A stretch of 64,000 nucleotides of DNA from Candidatus Wolframiiraptor gerlachensis (GTDB lineage: Archaea > Thermoproteota > Nitrososphaeria_A > Caldarchaeales > Wolframiiraptoraceae). Within the stretch, counting starts at the first letter, position 1, and every line of letters starts with the position of its first letter. A program made the translations under genes and the position numbers. Positions 28,974 to 38,819 of this stretch are shown piece by piece. The notes beneath the pieces are model-generated. The model saw only the letters and a list, made by a program, of their open reading frames with translations, ran no database searches and was not told the DNA's origin. The DNA lies in NCBI GenBank assembly GCA_021323375.2, contig JAJPCT020000017.1, positions 32,001 to 96,000 on the forward strand, read 5' to 3'.

Positions 28974-29789
28974 ATGAGGAGAACAAGTCTAATGGAGGTC
29001 GCTAAGATAATCTTGGTCGCAATAATCCTCCTCATAACCCTCTTCCCAATCTATTGGATGATTATAACATCGTTAGAACCATGGGAGCTGGTTCTCGTAT
29101 GGCCTCCAGCCTTCCTTCCAAGACAATTGACTATAGAGTATTGGGAGTGGGCTGGATCCCGGTTCCTCCTTCCACTACGAAACTCATTAATAATTGCTGG
29201 ATCGACCACAGCAATATCGGTTGCGCTGGGATTCCCTGCAGCATATAGTTTCTCTAGATTCCGTATAGGCGGGACAACTCTGCCATTCTGGGTCCTCTCA
29301 TTAAGATTCCTGCCAGGGATCGTGCCATGCGTAGCCTTCTACATACTCTTCAGATTCCTCGGTCTTCTCGACACCCACCTAGCAGTGATAATCGCCCACC
29401 TACTGATAACATTACCCTTCTCAGTATGGATGTTTAAGGTCTTTTTAGACGCCGTGCCAAGAGACCTTGAAGAGGCGGCCCTCGTGGATGGATGCACATA
29501 CTCCCAAGTTCTGATAAGGATCATCTTACCAATAGCTCTACCCTCAATAGCCGTCGTAGCGCTCTTCAGCTTCACCTGGTCTTGGAACGAGTTCATGATG
29601 GCCCTAATCCTTACAAAGTCTCAGGCATACACTCTCCCCGTAATGATCGCCGGCTTCCGAGGCGCAGGAATGATCTGGGGAGGCGTATCCGCTGGAGCAC
29701 TACTCTCATTAATCCCCGCAATAATATTAGCCATCTTCTTCCAAAGATACCTAGTCGCCGGGTTAACCATGGGAGCTGTCAAAGGTTAG
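28974..29789 (+). CDS. Carbohydrate ABC permease (MalG-like)
   Basis: EEAALVDG, WNEF, FQRYLVAGLTMGAVKG. Confidence 0.92.
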   Translation: MRRTSLMEVAKIILVAIILLITLFPIYWMIITSLEPWELVLVWPPAFLPRQLTIEYWEWAGSRFLLPLRNSLIIAGSTTAISVALGFPAAYSFSRFRIGGTTLPFWVLSLRFLPGIVPCVAFYILFRFLGLLDTHLAVIIAHLLITLPFSVWMFKVFLDAVPRDLEEAALVDGCTYSQVLIRIILPIALPSIAVVALFSFTWSWNEFMMALILTKSQAYTLPVMIAGFRGAGMIWGGVSAGALLSLIPAIILAIFFQRYLVAGLTMGAVKG

Positions 29790-29957
29790 CTTAAATGAGG
29801 TTTTACAGCCTAATAATCCCTCCCAACACCATTTTATAGAGTAATCCCAACCACAATCATAAAATTTGAAAGTCCCAAAACTCTTCGACGACACCGTAAG
29901 CTTGAGAGACGCCGAGCACTAGACAGGATTAGGCTGGAGGGAGCCGAAGATTGCTGA

Positions 29958-30398
29958 TTAGCCTATTACTTCAACTGGGGTAGGTGCTACGATGAATTTT
30001 TGAGCTTCGAGAAGTGGTGGATCGGTAATCAGGAATAGGTTTACGACTGTTCCGGGTTCATAGGTGTGGGGTAGAGGTACTCGAAGGGCTGCTCTCTGCC
30101 CTACTTTAACGATTGTTGTTCCAAGCATTCCCTCAACGGGCAAATCTATCCGCTCTTTATCCAAAACTATCGCTTTTATAACAAAATCCACCGTGCCGGT
30201 ATTTTGCACCGTGAATGTGATGTAAGCCTCTCCCGAGTTTGGATTCACATATATGGTATTCTGCATGACAGTATAGTCCACCCTCTCTGCAGGTTTTACT
30301 ATGAAGAAGGAATATGCGAAGATTATCATTGTGCAGATAAGCAAGCATAGAACTATCCCCATAGTTATGCTAATCGTGCCGCCCCCTTTACTGTTCAT
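29958..30398 (-). CDS. Putative archaeal type IV pilin-like protein
   Basis: MNSKG-G followed by a hydrophobic helix (class III signal-like); TVQNTGTVDFVIKAI beta motif seen in archaeal pilins. Confidence 0.5.
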   Translation of the reverse strand: MNSKGGGTISITMGIVLCLLICTMIIFAYSFFIVKPAERVDYTVMQNTIYVNPNSGEAYITFTVQNTGTVDFVIKAIVLDKERIDLPVEGMLGTTIVKVGQRAALRVPLPHTYEPGTVVNLFLITDPPLLEAQKFIVAPTPVEVIG

Positions 30399-31372
30399 TT
30401 AACAAACACCCCCGCCCTTCTCATAGCTAAAGCTGCAACGAGGAGAATAATTCCTCTTACTACATATTGCATGAAGCCGCCTATCCCTGCAAGAACCATA
30501 ATATTCAATATTGATGTCATGATAAAGGCGCCTATCGCTGTGGCTATCAAACTACCTGTTCCACCGGTAAGGGCTACACCGCCAACCACAACCGCCGCGA
30601 TAACATCAAGCTCATATCCTAGCCCTGAGTGGGGGTATCCGGCCCCAAGCCTAACTCCAAGCACGTAACCAGCGATAGCGGAGCAAACGCCTGAAAAAAC
30701 AAAAGCAAGATTCTTTACACCAGAGTTATCGACCCCTAGATTTCTAACAGCGAGCTCATTTGAGCCTGTAGCTCTGACATAGAGGCCTAACCGTGTTTTC
30801 TCAAAGAATAGAGTTAATATTACTAAAGCAATGAGATAAATCCAGAATATTATGGGAACGCCATAAAGAACCTCATTTAATCTGAGAAACTCTTCATTAT
30901 AGACTGGTATATTCAAGCCACCGGAAATTATGTAGGCTATCCCTCGAACAACGGTTAACGTTCCAAGTGTAACCACAAATGAAGGTATCCGGAGTTTTGT
31001 CACGAAGATGCCATTGGTCAGACCTATAATGCCGCCAATCGTCATCACTGAGAAGAGGGCCATATAAGGCGAGAAGTTATATTGAGCTATCAGTATCGCT
31101 GCTACAACATTGGCTAGTCCGATAATGGATCCGACCGATAAATCTATGCTTCCAGAAAGTATGACAAAGGCCTCTCCAAGAGCGGCAATCGCGATTACGC
31201 TTACCTGGCCAAGAAGCATGGTTATGTTTTGGGGCAGATAGAATTGTGGCGTGACCACAGCAGCCAAGATTAGAATACCAATAAATCCCGTCAACGATTT
31301 AAGCTCATCTATTGATGCATACTTTTCCTTTATCGTTGTAAGTAACCTGGAGTAAAAAGTATTCCGAGCCAT
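30395..31372 (-). CDS. Monosaccharide ABC permease (RbsC-like)
   Basis: GSIDLSVGS, IPSFVVTLG, GYELDVIAAVVVGG. Confidence 0.92.
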   Translation of the reverse strand: MARNTFYSRLLTTIKEKYASIDELKSLTGFIGILILAAVVTPQFYLPQNITMLLGQVSVIAIAALGEAFVILSGSIDLSVGSIIGLANVVAAILIAQYNFSPYMALFSVMTIGGIIGLTNGIFVTKLRIPSFVVTLGTLTVVRGIAYIISGGLNIPVYNEEFLRLNEVLYGVPIIFWIYLIALVILTLFFEKTRLGLYVRATGSNELAVRNLGVDNSGVKNLAFVFSGVCSAIAGYVLGVRLGAGYPHSGLGYELDVIAAVVVGGVALTGGTGSLIATAIGAFIMTSILNIMVLAGIGGFMQYVVRGIILLVAALAMRRAGVFVK

Positions 31373-31376
31373 TCTC

Positions 31377-32102
31377 TCACAACCTCATTAATCTTACAAG
31401 CTCTACAGGATTTGTCTCCTCCGGCATTTTCTCAGCTATAATTCTTCCACTCCGCATCACAAGTATTCTGTCAGAGTACCTAATTATAGCATTTAGATCG
31501 TGAGCCACATATATCCCACCAATCATCTTGGTCTTTATCAATTGTTTTACAAAGTTCATCACCTGTTCTGATGCTCCTGCAGATAAGTTGGCTGTAGGCT
31601 CGTCCAGAAGCAGCACCTTAGGATCGAACATGAGTGTTCTTAGTATCGCGACCATCTGCTGCTGCCCTCCTGATAGAAATCTTACTTTCTTTTCAATGCT
31701 CGGAATATCGAATTTTAGATCCTTTAACTTCTCTTTCAAGATCTTTTTCATGAGCTTGTAATTCAAGAATTCGCCCGATACGATTTCCCTGCCCAAGAAG
31801 ACATTTTGTGTAACATTTAAGTCGGGACATAACATGAAGTCCTGAAAGACCATCTCAATGCCTGCTTTTCTAGCATCCATAGGGCTTTTAAATTTCACCT
31901 CCTTTTTCTCTAGAAATATTTTACCTGAGTCGGGGGAATATACCCCGGCAATTATCTTCAATAATGTCGATTTTCCTGCCCCATTATCTCCGATGATTGC
32001 TAACAGCTCTCCTTTATGAAGTATTAAAGATACGTCAGAAAGCGCCTTGATAGCCCCGAAGCTCTTTGATATTCCCTCGACTCTTAAGATTTCTTCAACC
32101 AT
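31377..32102 (-). CDS. Monosaccharide ABC ATPase (single domain)
   Basis: GDNGAGKST, LSGGQQQ, LLLDEPTA. Confidence 0.92.
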   Translation of the reverse strand: MVEEILRVEGISKSFGAIKALSDVSLILHKGELLAIIGDNGAGKSTLLKIIAGVYSPDSGKIFLEKKEVKFKSPMDARKAGIEMVFQDFMLCPDLNVTQNVFLGREIVSGEFLNYKLMKKILKEKLKDLKFDIPSIEKKVRFLSGGQQQMVAILRTLMFDPKVLLLDEPTANLSAGASEQVMNFVKQLIKTKMIGGIYVAHDLNAIIRYSDRILVMRSGRIIAEKMPEETNPVELVRLMRL

Positions 32103-32194
32103 ACTTTCCCCTTTATTAATTTTTAAACTTTATTTAAGAATTTTCCAGAAAGCCTTTTATAAGAATGCATATTATAATATAAAACTGAGAAGTC

Positions 32195-33408
32195 ATGTCT
32201 TCTGGAGAGGAAAAGAAGGTTGATAGAAGAGGAGCACTACGAATAATTGGCGGAACTGTTGCGGGCCTCGTTGTCGGAGGTGTTATCGGATATTTAGTTA
32301 AGCCGGCGGAGGTTATTGAGAAAACTATAACACATACCACCACGGTTACCGGCCCCGCAACCACGATAACCGTGACTAAGACTGTTACATTGACGCCTAC
32401 GCCCACCATTGCAAAGCCGAAGAAGCTTAATGTAGCTTTCTGGGTCGGTAATCTAGCATCTCCTTACTGGATTTCATGTAAGGATGGAGCTGAAAAAGCT
32501 GCAAAGGATATAAATGATCATTTCGGCGAAGAGCTATGCATCGTTACGACCTTTGATGCCAGAGATGATCCTTCCTTACAAACGAGTCAGATAGAATCAG
32601 TCATTGGTGCTGGGATCTATGGAGCCACAGTCCTTCCAGCAGTAGTTGCTGAAGCGATGGTGCCGGCATTTAAGAAGTTATACGAGGCAGGAATCCCAAC
32701 AATTACATATGACCAGAGAGATCGCCCCTGAAGGTATGAAGTTATAGACTCTTCTGTATAATCACGAATAACGTGGAGGCGGCAGCATTAGAGACGGAGG
32801 CTTTAATTAAAGAGCTAGAGAAGAGCGGTAAACCTAAGCCTTGGAAGATAGCCATAAATTGTGGGCATCCAGGAGCTTCCTCAGCTGAAGATAGGAGGAC
32901 TGGACATCATTTGGTCTTGGATCCGCTAGTTGAGAAGGGCGATGTAATTATAGTTAATGAGCAGTATCATGAGGGGTGGAAGAGGGAGCTGGCTAGAGCG
33001 ACGATAGAAGGAGTATTGGCGAGGCATCCAGATTTAGCAGCAGTTGTCTGCTCGAACGATGATATGGCCCTTGGCTCTATTGCTGCAATAGAGGGAGCAG
33101 GCTTGAGACCTGGAGTCGATGTTCTAGTTGCTGGATTTGATGCCATTAGCGAGGCGGTTGAAGCTGTTAGGAAGGGCAAGTTAAATGTGACTATTGCTCA
33201 GGCAGCCAAGATCATGGGTTACTGGGGAGTGTATTCCGCGTTCCTACACATTAATACTGGGTGGATGCCGCCTGTTGAGACGATCCCCGCCCCAGTAGTC
33301 GTCGTGACAAAGGAGAATGTCGAGACCTTCGCACCATTAATGGAGCCTCCACGCTGGGATCTATGGAAGAAGTATGGGCCAACATTGACAGAGGCTTTCC
33401 CGAAGTAA
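32195..33408 (+). pseudogene. RbsB-like sugar-binding protein (Tat signal) split by two +1 indels at ~32713 and ~32742
   Basis: Removing one C and one T gives ITYD-REIAPEGMKYRLFCIITNNVEAAA, joining ORFs 32195..32731 and 32773..33408; NDDMALG and AGFD motifs present. Confidence 0.8.
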
Positions 33409-33617
33409 CACCCCCCGCAATCCCTTAGATGATAAACACCCCCACCCATTTTTATCTCTACTCGAGATTGGCATATCTTATTTCTTATTGAAATTGAAAT
33501 TGTTAGCAATCGGGGAAAACGGTTACATATTCTCATCCCATCATCCTTAGGTGATGTGTTCTCGGATCTTTAAAAGTTTATAACATTTAATTTTGGGATA
33601 TTAAATTGTGATCTGGA

Positions 33618-34592
33618 ATGGAGCGGTATGGTGTTGGTTTATGGATCTTTGGAAGGCTTGTTGATAGATTTGTATCGCCTGAGTATAAGCCTGATAAACC
33701 CTTGGATGAGAGAATCAGGCTTGCATCAACGATCCCCCTGGTGAGGGGGGTTGAGCTCTCGTACCCCTCCGATTTCCAAGGATATTCTCCGGAGGCGGTG
33801 ATGGATATGTTGAGGGGCCAGAATCTGGAGGTCTCGGCCATAAATATAGATTTATTTTCAAGGCCTAAATGGCAGAGGGGGTCAATAACATCTCTCGATG
33901 ATTCTATAAGGAGGGATGCCATAGAGTTTGTCAAGAATGGGATTGAGGTGGCGAGAAGGCTTAATGTTAGGAATATAAATCTGTGGCTTGGGCAGGATGG
34001 GCATGATTACCTCTTTTCAGATCATCGAGAGAAGTGGAGACTGCTCATAGATAGTCTTAGGGATATCTCGAACTATCTAAGGGATGAGATACTTTATCTC
34101 GAATATAAGCATAAGGAGCCTAGGACACATTCACTTATATCAAATGTTGGGAAGGCCATGCATATAATACATCGTGTAGGGTCGGATAAGCTCGGCGTTA
34201 CCATTGATACAGGCCATGCACTTATGGCCGATGAAAATCTCGCGGAGAGCGTATACCTGCTAGCTGACTCCAATATACCCATAATGCTTCACCTTAATGA
34301 CTCTTATGGATACTGGGATGATGATATGATCGTGGCCTCAATAAATCTCCTCAAATTCATAGAATTCTTCTACGCATTAGAGGATGTTGGATACGATGGA
34401 TGGTATGACCTTGATATCTACCCGTATAGGGAGGATCCTGTAAAGGCATGTAGCCAGAGCCTAAAGATAATACACTACATTAGAACAATTATCAAGGAGA
34501 ATAAGGATAAGTTGAATGAGGCAATAAAGTGCGATGATCCACATAAGGCTTTAGACGCTGTTTGGAGCCTCTTCCTCAGAGATTTCAAGTGA
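33618..34592 (+). CDS. Xylose isomerase-like TIM-barrel sugar isomerase/epimerase
   Basis: LWLGQDG, EYKHKEPR, GVTIDTGHA, HLND..G.WDDD, LDIYP. Confidence 0.8.
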   Translation: MERYGVGLWIFGRLVDRFVSPEYKPDKPLDERIRLASTIPLVRGVELSYPSDFQGYSPEAVMDMLRGQNLEVSAINIDLFSRPKWQRGSITSLDDSIRRDAIEFVKNGIEVARRLNVRNINLWLGQDGHDYLFSDHREKWRLLIDSLRDISNYLRDEILYLEYKHKEPRTHSLISNVGKAMHIIHRVGSDKLGVTIDTGHALMADENLAESVYLLADSNIPIMLHLNDSYGYWDDDMIVASINLLKFIEFFYALEDVGYDGWYDLDIYPYREDPVKACSQSLKIIHYIRTIIKENKDKLNEAIKCDDPHKALDAVWSLFLRDFK

Positions 34593-34642
34593 AAAAATCG
34601 CAAACAAAAACTGAGAAAGCAATAGTGTAGGAAAAGGTCGGA

Positions 34643-35200
34643 TTAAATAATCCAATATATTTTTGAGTTTATACTAGAGTAAGGGAAAGTAGATGATATT
34701 ATCAAGGTTAAGCGGCTGTCATTTAATATCTTTATGGGGCTTAATGATGTTGCTAATATTTTTTGATATGGTATGTCCCATGTTATTCGTATTAGGTCTG
34801 GTATTGGTGGCGCTTTATTGGGCTGTAATTGGATGGCGTATAGTGGTGTTCTTGGCTTTACCCCGTGGAGGAGGGTGCATCCGTGTTCTCGTGTTATTTT
34901 TAGGTGTATGTCTGCTATTGGCGCGAGCCTCTCGATGATCCATGGCATGATGGGCTTAACTAGCCAGAGCATTAGGCTGTGATGCTGTCTCACGATATCC
35001 TGAGCTATGGCCAGCTGTTTTAAGGCTTCTTCACCGGATAATCGAACCATTCTGTCAACACCTATATCTGCGATTATCGGGTTACCGGTATGCTCGATAA
35101 GTTTTGTACTGAATTCTATGATCTGCTTGCCTACCTCCTCAACATTCTTAGGATCGAATTCCATCATGTTTCGCTCCTTCTTTATCGGGGTTCCTGACAA
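34643..35200 (-). pseudogene. C-terminal remnant of a GvpD/KaiC-like RecA-fold protein
   Basis: ADIHLKITREHGCTLLHGVKPRTPLYAI motif with no N-terminal P-loop. Confidence 0.45.
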
Positions 35201-35240
35201 GATATAATTATCTTCTCATAGCATTTCTCCAAAATACTGC

Positions 35241-35700
35241 TATGACGGAAAAATATGGCTTGGGGATAATTACCGTGAACGTGATCTGGTTCTCCATTAT
35301 TGGTCTTCTCTGGTTATGGAATGCGAAGATTAGGAGAACGAATTATACGTTTCGTAGGTAGCCATTATGGAAATACTGGGTTATGCCTCTAGCCGTGCTA
35401 GCTTTCTGGAGTCTGGATAACCCATGGGACTTTAATCCAATCTATTTGCTAACCTCTGACGCCCCGCCAGCATTCTGTCTAATAACTCCGATCTACCTAT
35501 CAATTTTTATCTCCTATATCCAAGAGTCAATCTTCCAGCTCCAAGAGTGACGAGCTTCATAGGAACCCTACTAGGCATTTTAATATAGGCACAGGTTTTA
35601 TATGTGGGGCAGCGAGGGCTTATACCATGGATTCATACATATCCCTTTGCAAGATTATCTTTGTGCTTCTTCATACCATCTATTAAAGAGACATGAAAAG
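35241..35700 (+). pseudogene. Decayed multi-pass membrane protein gene
   Basis: Fragments TEKYGLGIITVNVIWFSIIGLLWLW / PLWKYWVMPLAVLAFW / FCLITPIYL / YPRVNLP..RVTSFIG broken by stops and frameshifts. Confidence 0.5.
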
Positions 35701-35922
35701 TATAAAATGTTAAGGCTTGTAAAATGGGCCCCTGGCAGGACATCCTCAACAATGATCCAAATTCTTCACTTGAATCACTTCAATAGTCTTAGAAGCGATG
35801 GCTTACTTGCTGGTGCTGGAATGAGTGTAGATATCTCTAGGATGATGGCAATTATGACCCCGGCCCAGCAATGCCATTTCAACCAATTTCACCACCCATT
35901 TTCCTGATGACAGGGCCATTCT

Positions 35923-36192
35923 CTACAGCAGTACTTGTTTTACTACGATTACCGGGTCTACTGGCTCTGAGCCGGGAGCCTTCTTCAAAACCTCTTTTAC
36001 GATCTCTGGGCTTGATGCCTCCCAATCGCAGAAACCCATACCATTCTCATCAACATGGGTTCCATTGAAGTGGGCATCCGGGTAATCCCTGAGTACCTCG
36101 AGGAATCTATTCCGGATATTGATCAGCTCTTCTCTGCTCAGTTTCGGCAACCTACCCTTCTCAGTAAAATGAAAGACAATAACCCTTACCAC
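35923..36192 (-). CDS. Small uncharacterised protein (possible dimeric alpha/beta barrel)
   Basis: 89 aa ORF with GFCDWEASSPEIVKEVL; protein-like composition. Confidence 0.5.
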   Translation of the reverse strand: MVRVIVFHFTEKGRLPKLSREELINIRNRFLEVLRDYPDAHFNGTHVDENGMGFCDWEASSPEIVKEVLKKAPGSEPVDPVIVVKQVLL

Positions 36193-36875
36193 CTTGACCC
36201 CTCACGCATACTAAAATATTTAAACTTTTTAACTCAAAGCATGAATCTTGCTCGTCATAATGACAAGGATCCCTTGAGTTCTTTGAAGGCTCTCTCCTAA
36301 GATCCTGAGCTTTTTCCAATGATAAGTCATCTTTGGGCAACATAGTAAGCCTCCCATTTATGTAGTTGCATATGCTTCTGCGGCTTCTGCTCCTCCACCT
36401 TCATACCCATATCCTTTTCTGATCGTCCTTCCGCCTCCAGCATCATACTACATTCTGCCGCATACGGGGCATTTCTTGAAGATGCCAATAATTAATGGGA
36501 TTATTCTCGCGTTACAAAACGGGCATGGCTCAATAGTCATTATTCTACACAAATTAGCTGTTTTCCCATGAACTGGGCAGTCCGCAGCCCCAAGCCTCGA
36601 TTATCATAGCTTATAAGCTTTGTTCTCAGGCCCAAAAATCTCATGGGATTTCAAGGAATAATTCAAGGGTCGCACGACCCTTGAATTTTTTAACTTTTAG
36701 GCCCCATACTATATAAGGAAACCCTCGGCCAAGTTGCTCTAGTTCTTGGAGCTGGATCAAATTTTACGGGTAAGGCCTACCGTAGAAAATCCGTAAAATT
36801 CCCGATAAAATATATTGTAAAAATAGGGGGGAGAAGTGTGCCCTCAAGATCCCTTAGTGTATTCCACTCAGCCCT

Positions 36876-37017
36876 TTTTCAATTCTCTTTGAAATTCGCT
36901 GAATCGCACCGAACCGGGGGATGGTCGAGCAGAGGATCACGACTTTCAATTCTCTTTCTGAGATTCTTTACCCGGCCTTCCTCGCATAGCGCATAATTAT
37001 GTTGGCCTTTCAATTCT
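36876..37017 (-). CRISPR. Orphan degenerate CRISPR mini-array: one intact, one degenerate and one truncated repeat; 2 spacers
   Basis: Intact repeat CTTTCAATTCTCTTTCTGAGATTC at 36943-36966 (minus strand GAATCTCAGAAAGAGAATTGAAAG). Degenerate copy 36876-36897, 11-nt copy 37007-37017, spacers 45 and 40 nt. Confidence 0.8.
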
Positions 37018-37423
37018 ATGCCAGCATGAAATACAGGCTACTCTTAGCTTGGATTCCGGAATGATCTTTCCCTCAAGAAAATCCTGAGGACCCGATAACA
37101 AACAATGTTTAAGATGTAAGCAGGAGGCTACATGTAGCTAATGATTAAGTTAAATGAATCTTCAGGATCTTATTTCCTCAGACTCCCAATAATCACCTTG
37201 GCCATTATCTAAGATGTAAATTATATTGTGTGTGGAGGTTTGTTTTGAGGGGACTCATATTTCTGGCTTATGGGGGTTGGCCCTCCGCGGACTGAGCTGC
37301 AGTCATCTTATGTTGATCAGCCTGTCCCGTATTCTTCATCGGGCTCGTTTATAATGTTGTTGCTTGCTTCTTATAGCTTTTGGCCGGATAATCGCTAATT
37401 AGCTGGATGTGTTTGGTTGTTTT

Positions 37424-37492
37424 GGCGGATGATGAGGTCTTGACCCGGGCGGATTCGGCCGGGATGAAGATTGGTGCGGCCCTGACGTCGCC
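37424..37492 (+). ncRNA. C/D box sRNA candidate 1
   Basis: C ATGATGA 37429-35, C' ATGAAGA 37464-70, D CTGA 37482-85, terminal stem GGCGG/TCGCC; D' ambiguous (TTGA or CGGA). Confidence 0.65.
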
Positions 37493-37501
37493 TTAAAAAT
37501 T

Positions 37502-37852
37502 ATGTTTATGCCCGCTCAATATTTTATTATGACCGTGATTGTGGAGTTTAGCGTTATCCCGCTGGGTGAGGGAACTAGTGTCTCGAGATTTGTGGCGAGG
37601 GCTATTAAGGCTTTGGAGGATGCTGGTGTCAAGCATGTGAGCACGCCGATGGGGACTATCGTTGAGGCTGGGAGCTTGGATGAAGCCTTGAGATATGTGA
37701 GGATGGCTCATGAGGCTGTCTTCGAGGCGGGCGCAAAAAGAGTCATCACGGTAATAAAGATTGATGATCGGAGGGATGTTGAGAGGAGTATGGAGGATAA
37801 GCTCAGGTCCCTCGAGATGGCTCTTAGGGATCTTGAGCATGAGAAGAGGTGA
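37502..37852 (+). CDS. MTH1187/thiamine-binding (YkoF-like) family protein; likely start 37529
   Basis: VEFSVIPLG..TSVS, TPMGTIVE, RVITVIKIDDRRD. Confidence 0.88.
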   Translation: MFMPAQYFIMTVIVEFSVIPLGEGTSVSRFVARAIKALEDAGVKHVSTPMGTIVEAGSLDEALRYVRMAHEAVFEAGAKRVITVIKIDDRRDVERSMEDKLRSLEMALRDLEHEKR

Positions 37853-38569
37853 TTAGTCGAGCTCTATCCTCCTGATCACGACATCTCTCGCATGCCTGAT
37901 GACGTCCTCCGGCGGCCTCCTGCCAAGCACCCTTGCAACCTCCTCCCTGATCATCGCGGATGGCTTTGAGGCCAATGCATCTATGACGCCCTTCACCGAG
38001 CCATATGTCTTGAGAAGCGCTTTAGCCAATGCTGGGCCGACTCTTGGAAGGCCCTCGATAACGTATAATGCCTGCTCCTCCAATGTCTTGGATGCGGAGC
38101 TAGCCCTCAGCCTAAGATCCCTAGGCTCCCTCCTCTCCTGCAAGCTCCTATACTTTGCTATGAGATAGTGGCACGTCCCCTTCCAATCAGGCGTAAAGAT
38201 GATTACTAGATCCTCATATGTCCTCTGGATGCTCTCGATAAGCCTGTATATGCTCGACTCATTCCACTCCGTCACCCTCCTCACGATCCCTATCCACCCC
38301 TCTATCACGAGTATCTTCTCAAATGAGTCCGCCTCCTCAAGCTGGTCGAGCTGAGACCATATCCTGCCCCTCCCACTCTCATCAGGCTTCATGGAGTTCA
38401 GGAGATCTGTTATGGTCTTGCGCTCGACGACTGCGATGCCCTCAGAGCCATCGAGCAAGTAATCTCCCACCTCGAGAGCTTTAACCCCAACTTGCTCACC
38501 AAATACGCTAACAAGCATCCTATAGATCTCGTCAGCCTTGGAAGCCTCCCTACTATCAATAAAGATCAT
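37853..38569 (-). CDS. ERCC4/XPF-family endonuclease with HhH domain
   Basis: IDSRE, LEVGDY, VERKT..DL..S, GLPRVGPALAKALL. Confidence 0.88.
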   Translation of the reverse strand: MIFIDSREASKADEIYRMLVSVFGEQVGVKALEVGDYLLDGSEGIAVVERKTITDLLNSMKPDESGRGRIWSQLDQLEEADSFEKILVIEGWIGIVRRVTEWNESSIYRLIESIQRTYEDLVIIFTPDWKGTCHYLIAKYRSLQERREPRDLRLRASSASKTLEEQALYVIEGLPRVGPALAKALLKTYGSVKGVIDALASKPSAMIREEVARVLGRRPPEDVIRHARDVVIRRIELD

Positions 38570-38633
38570 TCTTCGAGGGATGCAGCAGCCTAGACAGGCT
38601 TTAAAGATTTAGAGACATGGCCGAAAACAAATT

Positions 38634-38819
38634 ATGCCGCGAGTATTATCCAAGCATTGGCTGATGTGTGACGGCTTCTGGGAAGGGGTATTATGGGGCA
38701 TGGGCTATGGGCTGGCAGCAGAGGAGAGGGAGAAGAAGATTCGCTGCATGTTCTGCCGCCGCCTCATAGCAAGAGATGCTATATACTGCCCATATTGTGG
38801 AAGGAAGCTGAGGGGCTAA
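38634..38819 (+). CDS. Small zinc-ribbon protein
   Basis: CMFC...CPYCG. Confidence 0.6.
   Translation: MPRVLSKHWLMCDGFWEGVLWGMGYGLAAEEREKKIRCMFCRRLIARDAIYCPYCGRKLRG

Noticed and set aside
36651-36721. Short motifs TCAAGGAATAA and TATAAGGAAA shared with 55888-55956
   Set aside because: Relative orientations differ between the two loci and the matches are only 10-11 nt, so this is not supportable as a shared element end.
37444-37452. CCCGGGCGG as an att-like copy of the tRNA-Thr 3' end
   Set aside because: Only 9 nt and inverted relative to the tRNA; an attR would be a direct repeat.
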